A stretch of 32,000 bases of DNA, taken from an uncultured Lentisphaeria bacterium (GTDB lineage: Bacteria; Verrucomicrobiota; Lentisphaeria; JABSQK01; JAJFLO01). Under the pieces are notes generated by a model that did not search any database, was not told where the DNA came from, and saw only the letters and a program-made list of their open reading frames with translations. The stretch covers positions 540,001 through 572,000 of the forward strand of contig OX638337.1 of NCBI GenBank assembly GCA_951812855.1, in the 5' to 3' direction. This document shows, in pieces, positions 1 through 7,504 of this stretch (its first letter is position 1; each line of letters begins with the position of its first letter). The translations under genes were made by a program, and so were the position numbers.

Positions 1-353
1 AGCAGTTTAAAACTCTGGATAAATGAAAAATCTGAACGTCGTTGCCATTCATATAACATTAATATAAAGGGAAGAGTTACAGCAATAGATTTGGAGAATA
101 AAGCCAATATAAAAAGAAAGAAAGGTCCCCAGTACGACTTTCCCAGCTTATTTGGAGATAGTTTTATAAACCAATATAAAGCCCAAATATAAAATGCTGA
201 GCAGAGTACGTCCTTCCGTTCAGAAATCCAAACCAAAGATTCAACTCGTTGTGGATGGATGATAAAAAGGATTGTTAAGAGCAGGGATAAAATTGGTCGG
301 ATACCAACTAAAGTAAAAACACAATACAATCCAACCGCGGTTAAACTGAACCA
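1..353 (-). pseudogene. 5'-truncated membrane glycosyltransferase-like gene of the PMT_2/DUF1736 + TPR ('TMTC-like') type; continues past the window start
   Basis: Not in the ORF track because it runs off the edge. My minus-strand translation is ...FSLTAVGLYCVFTLVGIRPILSLLLTILFIIHPQRVESLVWISERKDVLCSAFYIWALYWFIKLSPNKLGKSYWGPFFLFILALFSKSIAVTLPFILMLYEWQRR... The HP..ES..WISeRkD...FY and SK..A.TLP pattern is typical of this family. It parallels 6901-7362 (FLLHPLATQSITYICQRYTSLAALFYIYALY). The N-terminal TM + FxFDD segment is missing. The frame stays open to about 575 without an ATG and there overlaps a methylase remnant. Confidence 0.5.
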
Positions 354-481
354 CCCCCTAAGAAAGGCGAATAGAACACTTTGGTTTCTTGTGGAATAAA
401 ATTTGATACCTCCATTACACCACGAGATTTGCCACCTGCATATCTCAAAGGCGATCTTGGCTCTCTTTTCAATATCATCAT
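341..481 (-). pseudogene. N-terminal remnant of a D12-class (Dam-like) N6-adenine DNA methyltransferase
   Basis: A 46-codon ORF below the track cutoff. My translation is MMILKREPRSPLRYAGGKSRGVMEVSNFIPQETKVFYSPFLGGGSV*. It carries the family's N-terminal (W/Y)xGGK motif and an (E)PFxGGGxV AdoMet motif I, then stops; full enzymes are several-fold longer. Its ATG overlaps the TGA of an upstream decayed frame (...KPKKGGAKQ*), an operon-like ATGATGA junction. Confidence 0.55.
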
Positions 482-673
482 TGTTTTGCACCGCCTTTTT
501 TAGGTTTGGTTGTTTTGTTTTTGGATGCGGGTTTGGGTTTTGCCGGAAATTTTTGGCAGGATGATTTTACTGAATGCGTCTTTGTTGATTACGGTAAGAA
601 TTGTACCACTACAACCTTTCTTAAGTTGTATTTGACCTACAATACTTTTTAACAATACAAGCAAAGTCTCTGA

Positions 674-956
674 CTAAAATAAATTAGAATTGATAACATG
701 AAAACCTGTTGAGCACACAGTGCGTTTTGAAAAACGCCCATCAAAAATCCGCACCCCCGCCGCGCGACTCTCTTCCACCGCATCATGTGGCACCAACACA
801 TAACGCCAGGGGCTTGCCGCTGTTGGCCTGTAAATAATCGCTGGCAGTTTGTTCGTCTTGCTCAATGGCAATTTCTACGGCTCGCCTGGCACATTCTAAT
901 AAATGCTTGGATTGTTTTCGCAAGATGTAAGGATTGGGTGATTTGGCGCGGTGTTA
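674..956 (-). pseudogene. Decayed C-terminal remnant of a foreign, visibly G+C-richer gene; possibly a helicase-type restriction subunit tail (uncertain)
   Basis: The track ORF 674-871 starts on TTG right after a stop. A second frame upstream reads ...KHLLECARRAVEIAIEQDEQTASDYLQANSGKP and joins by a 1-nt shift to WRYVLVPHDAVEESRAAGVRIF... The segment around 740-860 is clearly more GC-rich than its surroundings. The 'W.Y.L(V/I)PH..(V/I)' tail reminds me of C-termini of type I/III restriction helicase subunits. I cannot verify this without a search. Confidence 0.25.
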
Positions 957-2198
957 TTATGGCCTATCAAACTCAAAAATTGATTTTAATAAGCCTTGAT
1001 TATGGTAGGTTATTTTTTCAATTTTTCGCGGTTCGGTTGTGTAAAACGCATCTTTTGAATTAATTGCTTTGATGTGATGTGTTTTGTCAATGTTAGAAAA
1101 CGTTGCTTTATTTGGGTCTATAGCTAAAACAACATTCTTATTTTGATTGCGAGAAAATTCTTTGTGTGTGTTTTTGTGAATGTAAATTAAGTTTAAATGA
1201 TCATCTATCAATCTCGCTTCTGCTTTGTTACGGGCTAAGGCGATGGGGATAATGTGGTGCAGTTCAAATCTTGGCTTTTTTGCGACTGAATGAAAGAGAA
1301 AGTATTCTCTTTTTCGAATGGGACTTCTTTGCATTGTTGGTCGGAAAAATCCTGTTTTTCCCGTATTGAGGCGGAAGCCTTTATTGACCTCGACCTGAAA
1401 ATAGACGGTGGTCTTGAGCAGAGTCATTATTTGCTGTGATTGATTTTTCCAATTATGAAAATCTCGTTTTTCGGTTTTGTCGCCTGAAAAATTATTCGGG
1501 TCGGCGTATTTTTTTAATAAATGAATGACTTTTTTGTGTTGGTCTTTTTTCAGTACACGGTAGGAGCTTAACAATTCTATTTTGTCTAAATTTTCATTAT
1601 CATCTGATAAGATAAACATAAGCTCATAAATGCTGATTATCTCGGTTCTGTAATCGCTGCGGCTTATCACTTCTGCTAGGTGTGAAATTTTATTTCCAAA
1701 GAGTTTGTCTATAGCTTTGGTGAATATGTGATATTCTTTAATCAAAGAACTTGTCTTGATAAATTCAACTGCGCTTGGTGTCAATTGTCCGTGCAGAGTT
1801 TTTCTGTTAAAACTAGCTGGCCTAATTTTTTCTCTTTTCAAAAAACCCATTTTGTCTAAATCAGGAAAAAAGTTCTTTTTGAGAGAATTAATGGTGCCTT
1901 TTCCTATTTTTTCATTAACTCTGCCAACAATTTCTTTGTATTGTTCAAAATCTGTTTGGAGGTCGATATCTTTTTTGTAATCGCCGGGAGGAATTGCAAA
2001 TAGATTTTTGCCAACGACACCGTAAATGGCAGTTAATATCTTTTTGATATCGTCCATATCATATCTGTTATGTTGCGAAACATGCCAGCCGCGATAATTC
2101 TCTTGCTGCACTCGGTTTGTTATGTATTGTAGAAAAAGATTGTTTTTGTCTATTGACAAAATATCGTGCAGGATTTTATCAGGCTCTCTTGTGTCCAT
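957..2198 (-). CDS. HNH-motif nuclease, candidate restriction endonuclease of the adjacent methyltransferases
   Basis: 413-aa ORF. Its C-terminal region FELHHIIPIALARNKAEARLIDDHLNLIYIHKNTHKEF fits the HNH pattern (E.HHI.P ... D..NL ... H...H). No Walker A motif is present. The start overlaps the upstream methylase stop by 20 nt, and a GAGG lies about 12 nt upstream. Confidence 0.7.
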   Translation of the reverse strand: MDTREPDKILHDILSIDKNNLFLQYITNRVQQENYRGWHVSQHNRYDMDDIKKILTAIYGVVGKNLFAIPPGDYKKDIDLQTDFEQYKEIVGRVNEKIGKGTINSLKKNFFPDLDKMGFLKREKIRPASFNRKTLHGQLTPSAVEFIKTSSLIKEYHIFTKAIDKLFGNKISHLAEVISRSDYRTEIISIYELMFILSDDNENLDKIELLSSYRVLKKDQHKKVIHLLKKYADPNNFSGDKTEKRDFHNWKNQSQQIMTLLKTTVYFQVEVNKGFRLNTGKTGFFRPTMQRSPIRKREYFLFHSVAKKPRFELHHIIPIALARNKAEARLIDDHLNLIYIHKNTHKEFSRNQNKNVVLAIDPNKATFSNIDKTHHIKAINSKDAFYTTEPRKIEKITYHNQGLLKSIFEFDRP

Positions 2199-2985
2199 TT
2201 TTTCTTGCCTCGCTTAATTTATTCCTGGCTATTTTTACATAATCCTTTTCTATGTCACAGCATAGAAAATTTCTATTTAATTTTTGGGCGACTACGGCGG
2301 TTGTGCCGATGCCAGCAAAGCAATCTAAAACTATATCCTCTTTATTTGAACTTGCTTTAATGATTCTTTCTATCATTTCTATTGGCTTTGGCGTTAAATG
2401 CTGCAATTTTTGCACTTTGCCATTGACTTTACTTTTGTGTCTTTCGCTTGTGATATGCCAGACTTCGCCACAAAGGCGGCCTTTTTGATTTGGGAACCAG
2501 CGCCTTCCATTTTTCAAAATACCTTTTTTTTTCGCGTGTTCAATCCTCTCTTGTGATTCGTACGGCACGCGCACATCATTATAGTTAAAAACATGCTTTT
2601 TATTTTTTGTAAAAAACAGGACTGTTTCTTGTCCGTTACTAAAACGCCTTTTTGCGCCACCCATGCCATCTCGCTTATCCCAGGTTATCCAGTTCCGAAA
2701 ATGTAAACCTTGACTGACAAGATATTGTAAAATAAAAGCTGAATTGTAAGGCGTATTGAATATATAAAGACTCCCATTTTCTTTTATCTTTGGGATAAGT
2801 TCATCTATCCAGGCGTAAGTAAAATTAAAAAAATCATTCTCTGACTTGAAAGTATCCCAGTTCGCTTTACGCATATTGTATGGTGGGTCAATGACAGCCA
2901 GGTCTGCTATATCATTATCTAACTGTTCTAAAAAATTAAAACAGTCCATTTGATATATTTTGTTTAGGGCAATATCCTTTGACAT
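2179..2985 (-). CDS. Beta-class N6/N4 DNA methyltransferase (DPPY motif IV; probably m6A)
   Basis: 268 aa. Motif IV is AVIDPPYN near the N-terminus; motif I is DCFAGIGTTAVVA near the C-terminus (N6_N4_Mtase order IV...I). An RBS GGGGAGA precedes the ATG. It overlaps the neighbours by 22 and 20 nt. Confidence 0.9.
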   Translation of the reverse strand: MSKDIALNKIYQMDCFNFLEQLDNDIADLAVIDPPYNMRKANWDTFKSENDFFNFTYAWIDELIPKIKENGSLYIFNTPYNSAFILQYLVSQGLHFRNWITWDKRDGMGGAKRRFSNGQETVLFFTKNKKHVFNYNDVRVPYESQERIEHAKKKGILKNGRRWFPNQKGRLCGEVWHITSERHKSKVNGKVQKLQHLTPKPIEMIERIIKASSNKEDIVLDCFAGIGTTAVVAQKLNRNFLCCDIEKDYVKIARNKLSEARKNGHKRA

Positions 2986-3896
2986 GTGTCTCCCCTGTTT
3001 AGATTAGATTTAGCCAATGCTATCTTTTTGTCTATTAATTTTTTATAGCTTGTCATTATTTCGTAGCCGATGAATTTGCGTTTTTCTTCTTTTACGACCT
3101 TCAAAGTTGTCCCACTGCCTGCAAAGGGATCTAAAACGACATCACCAACATAGGTAAATAATTTGACGCACCGGCGGACAATTTCTTCTGGCATTATTGC
3201 GCTGTGCTCGCCAAAGGCGGAGTCTTGCCTGCCAGGGATGGGTATTCGCCAGATTTGTTTGGTGTACTCAGTCCATTCTTTCTCGCTCAGTGCACTGGCT
3301 TCTTTTATTGCTTTTGATGGGCGGTCAGGCTGGCCATCTTTTACATAGACAGTAATAAATTCGCTGGTATTTTGTGCATAAAAATTTCTTGGGTAAGGAT
3401 AACTGCCAAACATCAACCTTTTACTTGAGTTAGTTCGTTCCCAAATATAAACATCATATAAAAATATTTTGGTGTTTTTTTGTCGCAAAATTGAATGTTG
3501 AATGTCGGCGTTTAAGTCAAAGATATGCCTGTTGTAATGCGTTGAATATTGTGCTTTTTTCATGGGAACAAGCGGAGTGTTGATGACCATTTTGCCGTTT
3601 GGTTTCAATACTCGCTCGCATTCATTCCATACTTTTAGCAGCTCATGAATAAATGCATCATAGTCATTTATATCGCCAATTTGTTTTTTTTGTTTTTCGC
3701 CGTTGCTGTTTTTTTGGTACCCGTCTTTTGCGTAGTCTTTTGTATTGTAATATGGCGGTGATGTAATAACTAAATCAACTGCATTATTTGGTATTTCGCT
3801 CATATTTTGGGCGTTTTTGTAAAACACTTTGTCCCAAAAAACTGCTTCGCAGGCTGATTTATTGGCGGCGGGAAGGTCGGAGATTTCTTCAAACAT
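2964..3896 (-). CDS. Beta-class N4/N6 DNA methyltransferase (SPPY motif IV; possibly m4C)
   Basis: Motif IV is LVITSPPYY; motif I is DPFAGSGTTLKVV at the C-terminus. The track ORF extends to 3974, but that extension overlaps the conserved C-terminus of the upstream gene. I prefer the ATG at 3896 (MFEEISDLP...), which overlaps the upstream stop by 8 nt. Confidence 0.88.
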   Translation of the reverse strand: MFEEISDLPAANKSACEAVFWDKVFYKNAQNMSEIPNNAVDLVITSPPYYNTKDYAKDGYQKNSNGEKQKKQIGDINDYDAFIHELLKVWNECERVLKPNGKMVINTPLVPMKKAQYSTHYNRHIFDLNADIQHSILRQKNTKIFLYDVYIWERTNSSKRLMFGSYPYPRNFYAQNTSEFITVYVKDGQPDRPSKAIKEASALSEKEWTEYTKQIWRIPIPGRQDSAFGEHSAIMPEEIVRRCVKLFTYVGDVVLDPFAGSGTTLKVVKEEKRKFIGYEIMTSYKKLIDKKIALAKSNLNRGDTCQRILP

Positions 3897-4371
3897 AATA
3901 GTTTTTTTCTTTGCGGTGATAGTGAGATAGTTGCCTGCCATTCGTCCACACGCCAATCGGGGCACCCGTGGCATTGCAATAAGAACGTAATTGATTTTTG
4001 CCGTCTTGGAGCTTCGGTTTTTTCAGTTCAACAATAATAAACGGCGTATCGGGGCGATCTTTGTCAAAGATGACAATATCTGCACTTTTCTTTTCCCTGC
4101 CAAAATTAACTGTATGTTCAAAAGCCAGGCGTTCTTTAGGATAGTTATACTCGTTAATAAGCCGTGAGGCATAGAGTTGGCGAACGACTTCTTCGGGTTT
4201 TAGCTGAATATCTTTTTCTCGAATAATGCACTTTACATAAGGCGTTTCTTTGCCCTTGGCTGCTTTGGCGAACACTCTTTTACGCAATAGCTCTATTTCT
4301 TCAACTGAGAATAGCGACAAACTGTATTTGGCATCTTTTAGAATGGTTTGTATGATGTCTGGTTGTGGCAT
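3889..4371 (-). CDS. Stand-alone HsdR N-terminal-domain (PD-(D/E)xK nuclease fold) protein
   Basis: 160 aa. EEVVRQLYASRLINEYNYP...SADIVIFDKDRPDTPFIIVELKKPKLQDGKNQLRSYCNATGAPIGVWTNG matches the HSDR_N pattern (E..VR..., aDIv...p..ivE.Kk, Ql.sY, g.wTNG). It is the first gene of the four-gene operon. Confidence 0.75.
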   Translation of the reverse strand: MPQPDIIQTILKDAKYSLSLFSVEEIELLRKRVFAKAAKGKETPYVKCIIREKDIQLKPEEVVRQLYASRLINEYNYPKERLAFEHTVNFGREKKSADIVIFDKDRPDTPFIIVELKKPKLQDGKNQLRSYCNATGAPIGVWTNGRQLSHYHRKEKNYYV

Positions 4372-4420
4372 TGTTTTTTGTTTCTTTGTTTTATATATTT
4401 GTCTTAATACTGTAACCGTT

Positions 4421-4603
4421 TTACCGATTCAGTTTAGCATTACATTGCTCGGTCTTTGAGTTTGGGTTAGTTTTTTTGATTTTTTCTTTGAGTATGTCAA
4501 ATTTTTCTGGCTGGAGAATATAGTTTTCGTATTTTGCTTTATTTTTTGGTTTGGATAACAATATTTCTTTTAGGGCTTTTTCTATTTTTTTTATAATTGT
4601 CAT
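4421..4603 (-). CDS. Hypothetical small Lys-rich protein upstream of the R-M operon
   Basis: 60-aa ORF with no recognisable motif, same strand as the operon and about 50 nt upstream of it. It may be non-coding. Confidence 0.2.
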   Translation of the reverse strand: MTIIKKIEKALKEILLSKPKNKAKYENYILQPEKFDILKEKIKKTNPNSKTEQCNAKLNR

Positions 4604-4805
4604 AATGATTTTGAATAAGGTAATGATTTAATATAGTCTTCCATTCCAATTTGGCGGTGTTATCCAATACATAAATGTGGTCATCCCATCGGTTAAGAAA
4701 GTCAAACTTCAGAGTGCCTGAATAAGTTACCATGGTGGCAACTACAAGCATTATTCTATTGGAAAGAATATTAACTTTACTGTTTTTGATACTAATCCCC
4801 CTCAA
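4539..4805 (-). CDS. Hypothetical protein or gene fragment
   Basis: 88-aa ORF overlapping the 60-aa ORF by 65 nt in another frame, with no recognisable motif. It could be a frameshifted remnant. Confidence 0.2.
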   Translation of the reverse strand: MRGISIKNSKVNILSNRIMLVVATMVTYSGTLKFDFLNRWDDHIYVLDNTAKLEWKTILNHYLIQNHYDNYKKNRKSPKRNIVIQTKK

Positions 4806-4822
4806 GAAAAATAATTTTCCTC

Positions 4823-4850
4823 TTGAAATCCATATTTTTTTTTATATAAT
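4823..4850 (+). promoter_or_regulatory. Sigma-70-like promoter candidate for the pilin-like gene
   Basis: TTGAAA (4823-4828), a 16-nt spacer, then TATAAT (4845-4850), about 75 nt upstream of the ATG at 4926. The background is AT-rich, so a chance match is possible. Confidence 0.35.
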
Positions 4851-4925
4851 CTATGTAGCTTGCAGATAATAGCGGCGAATTTTAGTATTAAAACTTAAAA
4901 AAACAATTGAAAAAAGGAGAAAAAT

Positions 4926-5417
4926 ATGGGGAAAAACCGCAAAAAGAAGTTTACACTGATTGAGCTCCTGGTTGTGATAGCTATTATCGCTATCCTGGCC
5001 GGTATGCTCTTACCAGCGTTAAGTAAAGCTCGTGAAAAAGCACGTCGTATCAACTGTTCTGGTAACTTGAAACAGATCGGATTAGCATTACTGATGTATT
5101 CCGGTGACTATGACGGCTTCTTTCCAAATGATCAGACTTTTGCAAGTAACAACCTCGAAGTTTTAAACTCCAATGGATATCTTGCTAATGGTAAAGTATA
5201 CGGTTGTCCCAGCCTTACTAACGTATCGTCTGTAGCATCAAACATGGATTATATCTATGTTGGTTCTGGTCTTAAAGATGATAATGATAATCCTGCTGAT
5301 AATTCATTAGCCTATGATGCAAAAGATAACCATCCTGAAAACGCATGGATGAATATTCTGTTCATCGACGGTCACGTTGCCGGTCAAAAACCAGGTACTG
5401 GCGGAATGAATAACTAA
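4926..5417 (+). CDS. Prepilin-type N-terminal cleavage/methylation domain protein (DUF1559 / H-X9-DG-like pseudopilin)
   Basis: The N-terminus [36 protein letters not shown] is the class III signal plus hydrophobic helix. The C-terminal NILFIDGHV resembles the H-X9-DG family ending. A strong RBS AAGGAG lies upstream and a terminator follows. Confidence 0.9.
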   Translation: MGKNRKKKFTLIELLVVIAIIAILAGMLLPALSKAREKARRINCSGNLKQIGLALLMYSGDYDGFFPNDQTFASNNLEVLNSNGYLANGKVYGCPSLTNVSSVASNMDYIYVGSGLKDDNDNPADNSLAYDAKDNHPENAWMNILFIDGHVAGQKPGTGGMNN

Positions 5418-5460
5418 TACGTTAATCTTCTAACGAAAATTTATGTAAGCAGTAAATTTA

Positions 5461-5491
5461 AGCGAGGGAATTTTTTCCCTCGCTTTTTTTT
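5461..5491 (+). terminator. Rho-independent terminator
   Basis: A perfect 9-bp stem, AGCGAGGGA (5461-5469) pairing with TCCCTCGCT (5476-5484), has a 6-nt loop and is followed by a T-run. It lies 44 nt after the stop of 4926-5417. Confidence 0.8.
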
Positions 5492-5609
5492 GTCCCGTGG
5501 CAAAGACTGTCACGATACCAATTCTACTATTCTGATTTAACACGAGTATCGGACACATGTGACATATATTCGGTTTTAATCATTTACTATTTATAATTTT
5601 CAAGTTTAT

Positions 5610-7484
5610 TCAGGTATTCCTGTGACACAATCGCACCATAGTTAGACGTCTGGTTACAATGGAACACGGCTTTTTCAAAATTAGCAATTTAGCAATATTA
5701 AAATAAGCCTGTGAAATTCTTAAATGTGCTGATGCATAACCGGGAAATACAGTTAATACCTCTTTGTATTCGAAAATAGCCTCTTCAAACTGTTTAGTGC
5801 TGTCGAATACCATTGCTTTATTTAAATGAATAATTGCAATTTCCTCTCTATTCATAGAAAATCTCAATGCCTTGCCATAGTAATCGAGAGCTTTGTGTGT
5901 GGCAATTTCATGTTACTGTACACAGTGCCCAGATTCGAATAAGCATGTGCACTGAACGGACTGATTTTAATAGCTTTACCCAACGATTTGATTGCTTTCT
6001 GCCATTTCTTTAACAGAGGCATAGGCATTCCCCAAATTGTAGTAAACATAATAATCATTTGGAGTCAAATGGGATAGAGTCAAATATGTGTCGATTAGTT
6101 TTTGCATGTCATCGAGATGGGTATACGCTCCAATTAAATTTTTGTAAATTTTGGGATCATTCGAATTGATATATTTTGCTCTGTTAAGTTCAATCAGGGC
6201 TTCTTGAATATTTCCTTGTTTTATCATTGTTCGTGCAAGTCGAACATAAGCCCCTGAGTAATCTTTGTTGAGTTCAATAAAATTTTTATACTGAATAACC
6301 GCATCTGAATACTCTCCTTTTTCATGATAAATATCGCCCAGTGCCTAAATAGGGTCGATCTTTTTTCGGAGACTTAATCAAGGCATCTTTCCAAAGTGAA
6401 TAGTCACTTTGCCAAACGTAATTACGTTTTACAGTTAAAATTCCTAAAATTACGATCGCCGGCAAAATAAAAATTAATTTAAATAATTGCTTTTCTATTC
6501 GTTTAATAATTTCAATGAAACTAAAAGACAATCCAATTAATGGCAGATATAACCGGTGTTCAGCGACAATGATCGTACTGGGAACGACACTTGATGTTGG
6601 AATGAGTGTAATGAAAAACCACAAAATTCCGTATCCGAGAAATGGCAGTTTCTTTGAACATAATACAGCCACAATAATTAGAGTAAGGATTACTAAAAAG
6701 GAAGATAAGACCCGGGGTGTCATGAAATTATCTCGTATAACATATAGTGATCAAAACTTTGTTTGACCGGACATACCAGCAGCTGAAGACAGGCAGTACA
6801 TATCGTTTCAATTTGAGTATAAAAATAGTTTTCGTGAGTAATATGATTATCGGAAAGCTGATTGGAAATTCTTTTGTCAACAATGCTAAAATCAGAAAAA
6901 TTATCGATAAACTATACCGTAATATATAATGAAAAAACCTGCTGCATCATTTCTCTTATTCTGAATGATGGCATTTATATAAAAGTAAAGTGCATAGATA
7001 TAAAAAAGTGCTGCTAAAGAAGTATAACGCTGACAAATGTAGGTTATGCTTTGAGTTGCTAAAGGGTGAAGTAGAAAAATCAGACTGCAAATGACGGCGA
7101 TAAAAAATTTGCTTTCTTCATTCTCTCTATTTCTTGTTGACAGTATTTCACATATTAAAAGAAATAGTCCGAATGACGTCACGATATGAATAACAGTGTT
7201 GACTATATGAAAACTTCGAACATCATTTCCCCAAATAAATAGATTTACGGCAAAGCTCAAATGGGCAATAATTCGCTGAGGTGATTTACATTTGTTAAAG
7301 GCTTCATCAATGCTGAGATCAGCGATAACGTGATGATCATCAAAAATAAATGGAGAATCCATCGTATTCCAGTACAGGGAAAAGCAATAACAAAAAATAG
7401 CAGAAACGTTCCCAATGAACTGTTTATTTCTATATTAAAGGGCAACACTATTTTGTTAGTCTTTTGAATTGTACATTCTGACAA
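5610..7484 (-). pseudogene. Multiply frameshifted TMTC-like gene (PMT_2/DUF1736 membrane domain + C-terminal TPR repeats)
   Basis: Six track ORFs in different frames tile one gene-length locus:
- 7257-7484: N-terminal TM helix ...LGTFLLFFVIAFPCTGIR.
- 6901-7362: DSPFIFDDHHVI...LLHP...
- 6724-6900: my shifted-frame piece ...QIETICTACLQLLVCPVKQSFDHY.
- 6322-6723: ...AEHRLYLPLIGLS...RNYVWQSDYSLW.
- 5976-6227, 5864-6058 and 5610-5867: TPR-like pieces (e.g. YYNLGNAYASVKEMAE, AHAYSNLGTVYSNM).
At least six frame disruptions are present. Confidence 0.7.
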
Positions 7485-7504
7485 TCATCCGGGGGAAATT
7501 ATTA

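Noticed and set aside
354-575. The minus-strand frame of the TMTC-like fragment remains open up to about 575, which could be read as its N-terminus.
   Set aside because: The translation there (…NPNPHPKTKQPNLKKAVQNNDDIEKRAKIAFEICRWQISWCNGGIKFYSTRNQ…) has no TM helix or FxFDD motif and no ATG. The same DNA encodes a clear Dam-like motif set in another frame. I treat the open frame as accidental.
785-1063. 92-aa plus-strand ORF (MWHQHITPGACRCWPVNNRW...).
   Set aside because: It is antisense to the GC-rich remnant and to the 3' end of the HNH gene. It has a Trp/Cys/Arg-rich composition typical of a shadow ORF, and no motif or RBS.
3897-3974. The N-terminal 26-codon extension of the SPPY methylase ORF (MPRVPRLACGRMAGNYLTITAKKKTI).
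   Set aside because: It overlaps the conserved C-terminus (GVWTNGRQLSHY) of the upstream HsdR_N gene in another frame. The ATG at 3896 gives a standard short overlap.
1756-4459. Plus-strand ORFs 1756-1980, 2166-2360, 2252-2488, 3163-3348 and 4250-4459.
   Set aside because: All lie entirely antisense to the motif-bearing minus-strand R-M genes. They are short, with low-complexity or hydrophobic shadow-frame composition.
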